Shown in pieces: positions 1 to 11,460 of a DNA stretch of 64,000 bases. The DNA is from Vicugna vicugna (taxonomy: Eukaryota): contig MU057989.1 of NCBI GenBank assembly GCA_013265495.1, positions 1,691,513 to 1,755,512 of the forward strand, read 5' to 3'. The notes under the pieces are model-generated. The model was not told the origin of the DNA, did no database searches, and saw only the letters and a list, made by a program, of their open reading frames with translations. Each line of letters begins with the position of its first letter. Position 1 is the first letter of the stretch. The position numbers and the translations under genes were made by a program.

Positions 1-50
1 CCTGAGGCTGAGATGGGGGGTCTAGGTAGTGGGGCCAGCCCACGCTGTAC

Positions 51-202
51 CTGTCGGCCAGAGCCAGGGCCTCGGGGTCAGTGGGGGGGATCATGAAGCA
101 GACGGCTGGGGCAGTCAGCTCGTTCCCTGCGCTGTCCGTGAGGTCCCAGCTCTCCCCGTTGTTCCTCTGCAGGGTGTAGCTGTAGCCCCGAGAGATCAGG
201 CC
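51..202 (-). CDS. PPL: Periplakin coding exon 12 (SH3-like part of plakin domain); gene continues beyond left edge
   Basis: Minus strand cag|GGC CTG ATC... translates GLISRGYSYTLQRNNGESWDLTDSAGNELTAPAVCFMIPPTDPEALALAD, ends AG|gtac; matches periplakin as I recall it; 152 nt. Confidence 0.95.
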
Positions 203-748
203 CTGGCAAGGGGACAGGCCAGTCAGATCGCACAGAGAAACCTGCCCCGGTCGGTGGCCAGGGGCCCAGTACAGCCTCATCCCTGCCTGTCACTCTGAGA
301 CCTGGGGAGTCTTAGCCTGTCTCCTAGACCCTCCCCAAGATGGGCCAACACCAACGGAACATGTGTTGGGGCTGCCGGCCCAGCACCCGCCTGGATTTCC
401 CTTTGGGTGCACCCCCACACCCTGCAGTCCCGTGTGCTCTTATCCCTTCCTTCCCTGACTTCTTGGGATGGACATGTGACTCAGAGTGGGCCAATGAGAA
501 CCTCCACTGGGAGTTCTGCTGGAATGACTGGGGCTGCTAAACTGGCAGAACAGGCCAGGGTCGCAGTTGGGGTGGTATGGGGGGTTGGCAGAGAGTGACC
601 CCAATGACAGAGATGAACACAGGTTCCTGAAAACATTCAAGGCCCTGCATATAGCCATGCCACCCCTAAAGCCTTTCAGTGACATGAGAAGAGGCAGACC
701 TGGGCTCAGCCTGCCTGGGGCACCTGGGGCACCTGGGCAGTGGCTCAC

Positions 749-895
749 CTGGTCACCCTCAAAGTCACAGAGGGCCTCCACGGGGATGGGTTGCAGTGGC
801 GTCTCCCGGCGGTACTTGAGGGGCACCACCTGCTGCCCTCGCTTCTGCAGGCCCCGTACCACGTGCTCGTACTTGTCCAGAGCCTTCTCCTGGTC
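749..895 (-). CDS. PPL: Periplakin coding exon 11
   Basis: ttcag|GAC CAG GAG... DQEKALDKYEHVVRGLQKRGQQVVPLKYRRETPLQPIPVEALCDFEGDQ|gtgag; 147 nt. Confidence 0.96.
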
Positions 896-999
896 CTGAA
901 CGCAGAGAGGAGCGCCTAGGTGAGACCTTCCTGGGGCAGGAGGCAGTGCCCGGTCGGCAGGTAGGGAGCTGGGCAGGACCCTGTCTGGGCACCACTCAC

Positions 1000-1122
1000 A
1001 TCCAGCTCCCGCAGCAGCAACTCAATCTGGTATCGGTCTTTGAAGTCAGGGCTGTACTTCTGGTTCAGGTCCGAGTCCACCTTGCACAGCAGCTCCTGGG
1101 CGTCCTTCACGTCTTTGTGGAA
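1000..1122 (-). CDS. PPL: Periplakin coding exon 10
   Basis: tag|TTC CAC... FHKDVKDAQELLCKVDSDLNQKYSPDFKDRYQIELLLRELD|gtgagt; 123 nt. Confidence 0.96.
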
Positions 1123-1289
1123 CTAGGGGAGACCAGGTGGCCTTATTACAGACAGGAAACCACTAGGATGCCTGGCTATGGCTTTAAGCCAGCTCCCCAG
1201 TGGGGCTGAGACACCCAAACAGGAGTTAGTTCCATTAGTGTCATCTGAGTTCAGGTGCCCCCACACCACATACTCATAAGACTAATGTG

Positions 1290-1790
1290 CGGACCTCTTG
1301 TTAAAAACACACATTCTGGTGGAAACAACGCGGTATCCATCAACAGGGGAAGGTATAAACAGTATGGTCCATGTGCATGATGGAATATTATTCAGCCAAG
1401 AAAAGGAATGAAGTTTTTGTTCATGCTACAAAACGATGAACCTCAAAAACATCATGTTCAGTGAAAGAGCCAGACACAAAAGGCCATGTACCATGTGACT
1501 GCACATCTATGAAATATCTAGAAGAGGCAAATCCAAAGAAATAGAAAGTAGAGGGGAGGGTAGAGCTCCTGGGTTCAAATCCCCAGTATGTTAGAGGTTA
1601 CCAGGGGTTGGAATGAGGAGCCATTGTTTAGTGGATACAGTGTTTCTATTTGGGGTGATGAAAAAGTTTTGGAAAGACAGTGGTGATGGTTGCACAACAC
1701 TGTGAATGTAATGAATACCATTGGATTGAACACTTAAAAATGGATAAAATGGTAAATTATATATATTTTTTACCAAAATTAAAACCCCAC
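1290..1790 (+). mobile_element. Old L1 (L1MB-like) 3' end fragment
   Basis: tggaatattattcagcc...gaaagagccagacacaaaaggcc...ggtgatgaaaaagttttggaa...gtggtgatggttgcacaac. Confidence 0.8.
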
Positions 1791-2029
1791 ACACCTATTC
1801 CTGGGCCTGTGCTATCCTGGTGAGTCAGACTCTCTAGCTCCAGCCCCTAGGGAAGGCAGACAAGGGCTCAGCAAGCTTGGGGTGCCCATGTACACTACTC
1901 GAAACATAGACACTGCAAGGCCTGGGGATGCAGCCCTGCAAGGCTCCTGGAGGAAGTGGCACCGAGGCCACAAATGAGCCAGATAGACACTGAGTGCTCC
2001 CACAAGTGGCGCTCTGGACTAACAGTTAC

Positions 2030-2125
2030 CTGGTGGTAGTCTTCCATATACTTCAGGTGGCTCTCCTCACAGATAAGCAGGTTCAGATACTCCTTCCAGT
2101 CTGCGTGCACTGCCTCCATGTGAGC
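2030..2125 (-). CDS. PPL: Periplakin coding exon 9
   Basis: gtcag|AHMEAVHADWKEYLNLLICEESHLKYMEDYHQ|gtaac; 96 nt. Confidence 0.96.
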
Positions 2126-2439
2126 CTGACAGGACAAAGGGGGCAGATTGCTGCTGGCCAGGTACCTGGGACACCAGGGGAGAGATGACAGGATTCCAGA
2201 CCAAAAAAGGGTAGAGGAGAGGGGCAGCTGGCTTCTGCCTGGGTGTGGCTACCACAGAGGCAGTCAGCTCCTGCTCACAAGTGGGAGGAGGAGAGAGGAG
2301 AACGTGCTGAGGAGCCAAGAAGTGCTGCTGTGTACGGGTGCTCAGGTTGTGCACTGCACAAGGGATAAGTAGGGGCTGTGTCTGCCCAAAGTGGTGTTTT
2401 AAAAAAATTCTCACAAAGGCACTCCCCAAATTCATGGCC

Positions 2440-2835
2440 ACCAGAACGCAGACTTTATTTGGACATAGGGTCTTTGCCGATGTAATTGGTTAAGGATCTC
2501 TAGATGAAATCATCCTGGATTTAGGGTGGACCCTAAATCCAACGTTTGGTATTCTTCAAAGAAGAAGAGATGACACCCAGGTAAGAAGATCACGTGAAAA
2601 CACAGGCAGATATAGGAATGATGCAGCTCCAAACCAGGGAATGCCAAGGCTTGCCAGCAAGAAGCAAAGAGAAGGACAAGGAAGGATTCTCCCCTGGAGC
2701 CTTCGGAGGAAGCAAGCCTGCCAACACCTTGGTTTACAACTTCTGGCCTCCAGAATCAAGAGAGAATAACTTCTTGTTGTTTAAAGCCACCCTGTTTGTG
2801 GTCACTTGTTACAGCAACAATAGCAAACTAATACG
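2440..2835 (+). mobile_element. MaLR LTR (MLT1-like)
   Basis: ttatttggacatagggtctttgccgatgtaatt...catcctggatttagggtggaccctaaatcc...ggattctcccctggagccttc...acagcaacaatagcaaactaatac. Confidence 0.8.
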
Positions 2836-3064
2836 GGCACCACATGGGCTTCAGAAGTCTGGGGGCCGAGGGCAGGACATGGCAAAAGATCAAGGTAATG
2901 AGAGGAGGCACAGCAAGAGGAGATGGCAAGATGGAAAGACGGACAAACAGACACAGAATGAAGGACCCCCACCTTGGTGGGGGGCTGCCCAGGTGCAAGC
3001 AGCCCACAGTAGAGGCTACCCTGAGGCCAGCCTGGAGGAGGCAGCCCCTCCCAGGCTCACGCAC

Positions 3065-3172
3065 CTCAATGGAGTTCCTCCCGGGATGCTCGGCTGCGAG
3101 CAGCTGGTCACCCTCGCTGTGCAGCTTGTTGATTCTCTCCTCTTTGGCCTCCAGGTTCCGGTTGATGAAATT
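3065..3172 (-). CDS. PPL: Periplakin coding exon 8
   Basis: cag|NFINRNLEAKEERINKLHSEGDQLLAAEHPGRNSIE|gtgcgt; 108 nt. Confidence 0.96.
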
Positions 3173-3269
3173 CTGCAGGGTTGGGGTGGTGGAGAGGCTC
3201 AGAGCCCAGCCTGGCAGCCCCAGGATTCCCACCGGACCCCGGCCTGGGCCCGCAGAGCCCAGCGCCTAC

Positions 3270-3431
3270 CTCGTACTGCCGCCGGCGACTGGGGTAGTCG
3301 AGGTTGTGGTCACTCCAGTCGTACTGCATGCGGCCCCGGGCCTGCTGGTCCAGCCAGTACAGCTCGTTGGTGCAGCGCTGCATGTAGTCCTGCAGCGAGC
3401 TCAGGTGCCCCTGCCGCGCCTGGGACGCCGC
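3270..3431 (-). CDS. PPL: Periplakin coding exon 7
   Basis: cgcag|AASQARQGHLSSLQDYMQRCTNELYWLDQQARGRMQYDWSDHNLDYPSRRRQYE|gtagg; 162 nt. Confidence 0.96.
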
Positions 3432-4385
3432 CTGCGGGCGGGGTGAGGACAGGGCTGCAGCCTCCTGCTCAGCTGGACTCCCCTGGATGAGTCGGCTGAC
3501 CGCCCTGAACCCCTCCATTCACTCAGCAAACATTTATTGAGCACCTACTAAGTGCTGGGCGTGGCTCCAGGCACTGCAAATACAGCAGTGAGCGGCACAG
3601 ACAAAACCCTCACAGAACTGAAACATTTTTTATGGAGCCTCAGTTTACCCATCTGCAAAAGGGGGCTAACGACAGCACTAATCTCACAGGGCACAAGCCT
3701 GGTGTTCCATAAACGCCAGCAGCTATGCCTCCACTTCTGTCTTTAACATGTCATTGCACAGCCGGCTGGGAGGACGGTAGCAAACTACTGCTTTACATAT
3801 GAGAAGAAGCCAGGCAGGGAGAGGTGGGAGGAGAGCTGTCTGTGTTTCACTCTGCAAATGAGAACAGCAGCTAACACATACATGGGCACCCACGTGCCAG
3901 GACTGTGCTGGGACTTCTCCAGTACTAACTCCTGCAGTCTTCAAAGCACTCCTATGAGCCAGGGAGTCGAACTAACTCCATTTTGTAGATGAGGAGCTTG
4001 CGTGCAAGGTCTCCCCACCAAAGAAGTGGAGGCAGCCTGGCTGCAGAGCCTCCTCACAATCCTACCGTTGGCACCCCTGACTCTCACGGCTGAGGTGTCT
4101 GCAAGGCCCACAAGGAGGCATCTGTGCATCCCTTGTGCAGTTTTAAAAAGAAGATCTTCTTGGAAGGTTTTGAAAAGGGAAACAGAAAACTTTTGCCTGT
4201 TAAGCACATGCATCATACTCAACACACAGTAGGTGCTCAATAAAGAATTAGGAAGCAAACTATAGGATGAGCTGTGTCCTTTGGGTCTTTTGGGGTTTTC
4301 CATGAGCACAGGGCAATCGGGGACCCCTCTCAGGCAGGGGCTCGGGGTACCACCTCTTCCCACTTCACCTCCCTCCGTCCTGTTT

Positions 4386-4520
4386 GTTTGCTTATTTTTG
4401 TTTTCTGGGGGGAGCTAATTAGATTTATTTAGTTAGTTATTTTAATGGAGGTGCTGGGGATTGAACCCAGGGCTTCCTGCATACCTAGCGGGTACTCTAC
4501 CACTGAGCTGGACCCTCCCT
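4386..4520 (-). mobile_element. tRNA-derived SINE (camelid vic-1-like)
   Basis: tggaggtgctggggattgaacccaggg...tctaccactgagct; flanked by cctccctccgt(c/g)ctgttt duplication. Confidence 0.8.
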
Positions 4521-4616
4521 CCTCCCTCCGTGCTGTTTGAAATGTTTACAGCACATGCTTCCTGTCCCCCCTGCCGGACTCCCCATCCCCCCATCCCATT
4601 CCCAGGGGCGTCTCAC

Positions 4617-4658
4617 CAGCAGCTTCTGGTACTTGGCCTGGAGTTCGCTGTTCTGCTC
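4617..4658 (-). CDS. PPL: Periplakin coding exon 6 (42 nt)
   Basis: ctcag|EQNSELQAKYQKLL|gtgaga. Confidence 0.94.
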
Positions 4659-4749
4659 CTGAGGGTGGAGCGGGGGACATGGGTTAGGGCGGGGGCTGCA
4701 GGTGGAAGGCCCTCCTCCCAGGGATCCCCTCCACCTGCCACGCACACAC

Positions 4750-4875
4750 CTTGCCTCCATCCTTGGCCAGGTGGGGCCCGATGGCCTTGACCTCATTGTG
4801 GAAGATGTTGTGCTGCTCCACCTGGTGGTCCACCAGCGGCAGGTCCGTCCCAAAGCCCTGGCTGCTCAGCTTGTC
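4750..4875 (-). CDS. PPL: Periplakin coding exon 5
   Basis: ccag|DKLSSQGFGTDLPLVDHQVEQHNIFHNEVKAIGPHLAKDGGK|gtgtgt; 126 nt. Confidence 0.95.
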
Positions 4876-5479
4876 CTGGCGGGGCGCGTGGAGAGACAAC
4901 ACACGCACAGGGTGGGCTGGGGGCTCAGGACTCACAGCCCACTGGTACCCCGTCCCCCGTGAGCCTTGGCTCCCCACCTCACAGCACCGGCCGAGGAGTG
5001 AGCGGAGTGGCCCTGGAGGGACTCGAGGACAGGCTGTCACCTCTCCTGCCACATCTCATCTTGTTTAATCCCACAGCCACCTCAGAGGCTCTCACAGTTG
5101 CCGTTTCCATTTCACAGTTGGGGAAGCAGAAACCAGCCAGGGGAGTCACTTGCTTAGGGTCACACTAGTAGCCAGGCTTCTCCATGGTGGAGACAGGCTA
5201 GTGAAGGCACAGGAAGGGCAGCAGCCAGCCAGAAATCTGGCCGCTCCCTCCACCCTGCTAGGACCTCAACGATCCCGGGAGGCTCCCAGTTGCCACCACT
5301 TCTGCTGTGTGACCCTGGGCTAGCTGCCGCACCTTTCTGAGTCTTGCTCATCTTATCGACACAAACATTGGTAAACACTGGGAACACGACTCCCTCCCCA
5401 GCAGGACTGTGGCACCTGTTAAATGGTGAGGGTCTCCCAGCCCACATGCAGCCCCCTCCCAGATGAACCTGGGCTGTAC

Positions 5480-5600
5480 CAGCTTTTCCTCCACCAGCGC
5501 CTCCCAGTTGACCTGTGGGTCCACCTCCTTCACTGCCAGGTTGTAGATCTGCTTGTGTTTCACATGGAGGTTGGTCACACGTTCCCTCAGCTGACGGATG
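5480..5600 (-). CDS. PPL: Periplakin coding exon 4
   Basis: ctcag|C ATC CGT... (D)IRQLRERVTNLHVKHKQIYNLAVKEVDPQVNWEALVEEKL|gtacag; 121 nt, phase fits exon 3. Confidence 0.95.
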
Positions 5601-6253
5601 CTGAGTGGGGAGAGCGGCCACCCTGGTTAGCGAGGCTGGATGATGGGGGCACTGCCTACAACCCAAGGAGGGGCCTTACACCCCAGCCCCCAGCCTCAGC
5701 TTTCTGCTCGGTGGTCTGGAAGGACAGGTTCACAGTGGCCTTGGGTTCCAGGCAGTCACTCCCACCTTGCTCCTGTCCACTTTCCTTCATCCTGCCTTCC
5801 CTATCAATGCTTCCTGAGGGCCTACTCTGTGCCCAGAACCATAGAAGGTTCCAGAAGAAACAGGCATATCTGCTGCTCTCTGAGCCCACTGTCCAGAAGG
5901 ACCATTGGGTGCTGTGGGCTGTGTCAGGGACAGCGGTTTCTGCACACCTGAGCTGAGGCGAGAGCCACAAGCTTGGGGAGTCAGGTGGGCAGCAGGCCAG
6001 GGGGCAGCATGTTCACAGGCCGGGAGGTTAGGCAGTGCGGCGGGCAGGGGCTGTGGCGGCCGCACTCTGACCAGAACAGTGGACACCAGGGCTCTGAGCC
6101 TCAGTTTCCTGGACTGCAGAATGGGTTGTGAGGATGATGGGAAGTGTTTAGTAGGTGCTGGAATTCAGTCAGCCCTCTCCCTGACTCGGTTTCTGACTGG
6201 TGAGTGGCTGCAGCCCTGCTGCCCTGGCCCCGCGCAGCTCCCTCTGGACCTAC

Positions 6254-6408
6254 TCTTCGGCGATCATGTCCCCCTGGGGGTGCTTCATGTGCTTGGCGAT
6301 GGCCGCGTCCGCCTCCAGCACATACAGCAGCTTCTCCGAGTCTGACACCTTCTGCAGGGCCACGTCCCGGTGTTCAGGCTGCTGGCCCTCCTGCAGCCGG
6401 GCCAGGTC
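6254..6408 (-). CDS. PPL: Periplakin coding exon 3
   Basis: cacag|DLARLQEGQQPEHRDVALQKVSDSEKLLYVLEADAAIAKHMKHPQGDMIAE GA|gtagg; 155 nt. Confidence 0.96.
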
Positions 6409-7399
6409 CTGTGAGAGTCACAAAGGGGAGGGGGACAGTAAGCAGGGACTCAGTGGGCACTGCTGGGATGGGAGGGGCAGGAGGATAGGGGTCAGAGAGG
6501 GGCTCCCTTGGCCAGGCCCAGCCTCTCCTTAAGGGCCTCCTTGTGGACAGAGAGACATGGCCCTGCCCCCTAGCCCAGTGGGGACCCCACAGAAAGGCAG
6601 GTTGACAGATAAACCTCACAAGGGTGACTGCAAGTTCGTACAAGCTGGTGTTTACAAGGAGACACAGCAGAGGGGGAATGAGGGGGACTGGCTTTAGCAC
6701 CAGGGCTCATCACCCTCTGAGGCCAAGAATAAAAGAAGAAAGGGAAGAGTGTTCTAGGCAGAGGGAACAGCCTGTGCAAAGGCCCTATGGCAGGAAAGGA
6801 CAGCTGAGACTTTGGCCAGTGATTGAGGCTAGAAGTGTTGGGGGAGGAAGTGGGAGAGAAAGCGGAGCAGGGCCAGAGCAAAGAATGGCTGGAGGGCAGA
6901 GACACGGCCCCACCTATCCTTAGAGGAGAATCCTCTAGGAGCTCTGCCGGCAAGAGGGTAGAGCTGGGAGGACAGTCAGTGGTTGTGACAGGGCCCTGGT
7001 GAAAGCTGAGGGTGGGCCAGGCTTGGGTGTCGCCAACGGAAATGGCGAGAATGAACAGAGTGGGGGTTGTCCGCAAGGTACCGTTGATAAGTCGCTGATG
7101 AGTCCAGGGTTTCTGCTTATTTAGGGAAAAGTGGTGAGTTGGCAGTGGAGACAGCCCATTAATTCACTTAGTCCACATTCAGGGAGCACGGCCGGACACC
7201 GTGCCGGGACTCCAGGCCCAGGGGGCACAAGTCAGAGACTGGACTGAGCACAGACCGAGGGTCACACGGGGGGCCTAGTGAGGCCAGTCCCCTGCCCTCA
7301 CTGGGTCTCAGCACCCCCATTTCTGCAATGGGAATAAGAGAAACCCCTGCTTTGAAGAGGCTTTCAGGTGACCTGAGGACTCTCCCTCGGCAGTGAGAA

Positions 7400-7730
7400 G
7401 AAGGCAGCAAAGACTTGGGCTCCGTCAGGGATAAGCCTCGAAACCACGCAAGTGAGAGGAGCCGGACGGGAAGGCCATGCCTTGTGGGATTCATTTATGG
7501 GAGCCAGTCCACAGACAGAAGGCGGATGGGTGGTTGCCAGGGGCTTGGCGGGGGTCGGGGGGGAATCTGCGGTAAATGGCCACAGGAGATCCTGCGAGGA
7601 AACGAAAACGTTCTGAAACCGACATGGACACGGATGTGCCACTCGTGAAGGTAGTAAAAATGCTGCGCTGCGCACTTAAGGGGGTGTTTCCTGATCCGTA
7701 GAACATGCCTCAATAAAGCTGTTAAAACAG
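7400..7730 (+). mobile_element. Old L1M 3' end, unusually GC/CpG-shifted
   Basis: gacagaaggcggatgggtggttgccaggggctt...gaaaacgttctgaaac...ctcaataaagctgttaaaa. Confidence 0.7.
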
Positions 7731-9370
7731 AGAAAGGAAGAAAGGAGGAAGAAGTAGCGAAAGAAAAAAAGTGAACGGAGGTATGCGGTGCCTGGTACTG
7801 TCTCTCAGGGGAAGAGAAGGCATCCAGCCCGACCTTCCTGGGCTCCCTCTGGGAGGGCTGCGCGGGGAGGGGGCCCAGCGCCCTGAGGGGCTTGGAGGCG
7901 AGGCCCACATGTCTGCAGGCCACCTGTGCTGGACCATTACCCCACTCCAGGTGGGTCTGGCCAGGGAGAAAAAGTACAACAAAATGTCATGGTTCTCGGC
8001 TTGGGTGGAATTTTATCGGCTCCATCAGCACCGGCTGATCTGAAGCTCTGCTGGGCAGTTATGGTGTCAAAGATTAATTCTGCAAAAGGAGGGAGTAAAT
8101 TAATCATCTCCTGACCCGTGCAGGTGCAGGTGCTGTGTGGGAGAGCGAGCGCTCTCCAGCCGAGACGAGAGAACAAGCAGCCGAGAGGGGCATGTAGGTG
8201 TTCCTGAGTCCAGCCCAGACGGACCGACGGGGACAGCACAGTGGTAGCTCTGGGGAATACGGATTGGAAATGTCCTCTGTCTTGACCCAAGTTGTGGTTC
8301 CATGGGTACCCACTGATGCAAAAACTCACAAGGTTGAACTCTTAAATCTGGATGCTTTCCATAGACCTTGTATAGAGAAGCTTTGTACTTTTTTCTTGCA
8401 GGAGGAGGTAATAAGGTTTGTTTGTTTGCTTATTTAATGGAGATACTGGGGATTGAACCCAGGACCTACCGAAGTTCATGTTATGTGAATCCCACTTCAG
8501 TTAAAAAAAATTGGAAAATTCAAGAGAACTTTTGGGTAATAAAATTAACAATGATGTTTTCTTCTGAAAAAAGGAAGGAAGGAAGGAAGAGAAAAGACAG
8601 AAAGATTAGCCCATGCAGGTTTCAAAGCCTGGTTTCTTTTGTCAAGTTTTGTTGATGTGAATTAGGAAAAAAAAAGTTCAAAATTATCTCCCAAAGACAT
8701 CTTTGTTACTTTGAGTCACTACTCTAAGCAAATAAAACGAGAGGGCTGAACCCTATTCACAGGCGTGCATGTGCACACACACACACACACGAGAAAAGGT
8801 CAGAAATGCACCGAATGTTCAGTGATGATAGTTCTGATGGTGGAATTAATACTCGATCTTAATTTGCTTCTTTATACTTGTTTTTTGGTCCCGAAATGTT
8901 TGTAAGGAACACATATTACTTTCATTAGGACACACCCCACCACAGTGAAAAGCTGTTTTCATTTAGGAAAGCACACGCCACCACTGAAGCCATGAGAGGG
9001 GACACAGAAAATCACCAGAGGAGCTGGCGGAGGGGGAGGGAAAGATGACACTGAATCTGGAAAGAAAGGTGGGAAGTGGGGGCAGGGGAGGGGCCCTTGC
9101 AGGGAGCAGGGTCCCCTCTTGCCTTTCCCCTCCCCACACCCCCACTTCTGACCTCCCCCCCAGCTGTGCCATCTGCAACCCACCCCCATCCCTCCAGCCT
9201 CCAGGCTGTCTTTGGACTGGCCCTCGGGTGGGTGGACCTGGGTGGTCAGAGGAGGGGCAGCCATGGCTGGGACCCCGGGACATCACTGGGTTCAGCTGGA
9301 TCTTGACCTCCCTTGTGACCTGTCCACCCTCAGCACCTGACTCCTCTGGACCTGCTTCTCTGTCACCCCA

Positions 9371-9566
9371 GGTAGGAATGCAGATGAAATACAGACCGCC
9401 CAGTCAAATTCAAATTTCAGGTAAACAACAGATAACACTGTAATATAAGTATAACCCAAATAGTACACGGGACATACTTCGACCAAAAAAAAAAAAAGTA
9501 TTTGTGTTCTGAAACTCAAATTTAACTGGATATTCTGTATTTTTATTTCCTAAATCTGGTACCCCC
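9371..9566. mobile_element. MER53-like palindromic hAT MITE
   Basis: aaatacagaccgcccagtcaaattcaaatttcagg...ctgaaactcaaatttaactggatattctgtatttttatttcctaaatctgg; arms are inverted repeats. Confidence 0.75.
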
Positions 9567-10239
9567 ACCTCTGGGATGGCTTGGGGACCAGCTCTATTCC
9601 TGACATGGTCACCCTGGCCCTCTCTAAACCTCAGTTTCTCCAGCTACAAAAAAGGTAAAAACTCAACTGCACTGGCTAGCGGAGGGTTTAAAGAGGAGGT
9701 GGTCATCTTAGCACCTCGCAGGTGTGAGCTCAGCTCCATTGTCGTGCATGGAGCAGAGTCCCCAGGGAACCTACGGGCTCAGAGCGGTTGTCATCCCCAT
9801 TTTACAGGAGGGGAAACTGAGGCACAGAGAGAGGAAAGTGTTGTGCCCAGCCCACATCCAAGCAGTGGCAGTGGTATGAGAAGTAAGGATGCTGGAATTT
9901 GACACAACATTATAAAATGATTATAAATCAATAAAAAATGTTAAAAAAAAAAAGTAAGGATGCTGATAATATTGAGACCTGTGCTGCATCTGCAAAATCT
10001 CATCCAATCTTTACGGCTGCCCAGGAGATAGGGACGATCACTCTTACCCTTTTAGAGGGAATCACCGGCACAGAAAGGTGTGGTGACTTGCTCAAGGTCA
10101 CACAGTCAGTGGCAAAGCTGGGATCCTAACCAGGGCCTGGCTCCTGAGACTGGCTCTCCTCCAGACAGGCCCATAAACTGCAGGAGCTTAGTGCCCGGGG
10201 TGGAGGAGCTGGTGTTAACGGCAATCATGAGGCTCCTCT

Positions 10240-10440
10240 CTTCAGTGCGTCTCTACCTCTACCTCTGACATTTGGGGCCAGGTCATTCCGTGTGTGGGGC
10301 CATTCTGTGCACTGGAGGGTGTGTAGCAGCCTCCCTGGCCTCCACCGTGGGATGCTCCTCTACTGCACTGTGATGGCTAAAAACGTCTCCAGATGTGACC
10401 ACAGGTCCCCTGGGGCAGAATCACACCCAGGAGAGATCCA
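10240..10440 (+). mobile_element. MER20 DNA transposon
   Basis: gacatttggggccagg...tgtagcagcctccctggcctccac...aaaacgtctccagatg...cccctggggcagaatcac. Confidence 0.75.
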
Positions 10441-10503
10441 GAGGGGGTCCTGAGTGGGGCTGGCAGCACAGGGAGCACAGGGGTGGGAGGTGGGGGCACT
10501 CAC

Positions 10504-10603
10504 GCTCTGCATCTTGGCCTCTGTGTCCACGATGTTTCTCTCCACCTGGTCGGCATTCTTCTGCAGCTGCTCGATCAGCTCTGACAACTCCTTGTTAGAG
10601 ATG
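10504..10603 (-). CDS. PPL: Periplakin coding exon 2
   Basis: ccagcag|C ATC TCT... (S)ISNKELSELIEQLQKNADQVERNIVDTEAKMQS|gtgagt; 100 nt. Confidence 0.95.
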
Positions 10604-10829
10604 CTGCTGGCAGAAGAAGGGAGGTGAGCCGAGGGCCTGGAGGGCAGGGGGGGCCAGCTTCCCAGGCTGTCCGCAGCCCCAGGCTCGGAGCAGGAGCTGC
10701 CCGGGGAGCCTCGGATGGAGCTTGGCTTCCCTCCAGGTGATGTAACTAAAGTCCCAGAAATGATGCCACACGTGGTAGGGAAATCAGCCCCTACTCTGGC
10801 CATCACCCTAATGCTTCTATTTTGCCATG

Positions 10830-11460
10830 TTGGCAGAGCTCACTTAATAAGATGTAACTCACATATCATAAAATTCACCCTTTTTTTCTTTTAGAATTTT
10901 TTTCTAATGGAGGCACTGGGGATTGAACCCAGGACCTTGTACATGCTAAGCACATGCTCTGTCACTGAGCTCTACACACTCCCCCAAACTCACTCTTTTA
11001 AAGTGTATAATTCAATGGTGTTTAGCATATTCACAAGGTTGTATAACCATCCTCACTATGTAACTCCAGAATATTTTCTTAACCTCAGGAAGAAACCTCG
11101 TATGTACCCTTTAGCACTCACTCCCCATTTACCCTCCCAGCAGCCCCAATAATCACAAATCTGCTTTCTGTCTCTATGGATTTGCCTGTTCTGGATGTTT
11201 CATGGAAACGGAATCATATAATACGAGGCCTTTTGTGTCTAACTTCTCTCACTTAACATAATATTTTTGATGGTCATCCATATTATAGCGAGTCTCAGTG
11301 CTTCATTCCTTTTTACGGCTGCGTAATATTCCATGGTGTGGCTATTCCACATTTTCTTTATCCAGTTATCCACTGACAGACAGCTAGGTTGTTTCCACCT
11401 TTGGGCCATTATGAATCAGGCTGCTATGAGCATTCAGGTACAAGGTTTTATGCAAACGCC
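10830..11460 (-). mobile_element. Old L1MB-like 3' end with nested vic-1-like SINE (~10881-10985)
   Basis: aaagtgtataattcaatggtgtttagcatattcacaaggttg...ctgctttctgtctctatggatttgcctgttctgga; SINE ggaggcactggggattgaacccaggacc. Confidence 0.8.

Noticed and set aside
2594..6532. Long plus-strand ORFs (e.g. 298 aa at 2594-3490, 177 aa at 5423-5956)
   Set aside because: Antisense shadows of GC-rich PPL exons plus MLT1 sequence; no recognisable protein.
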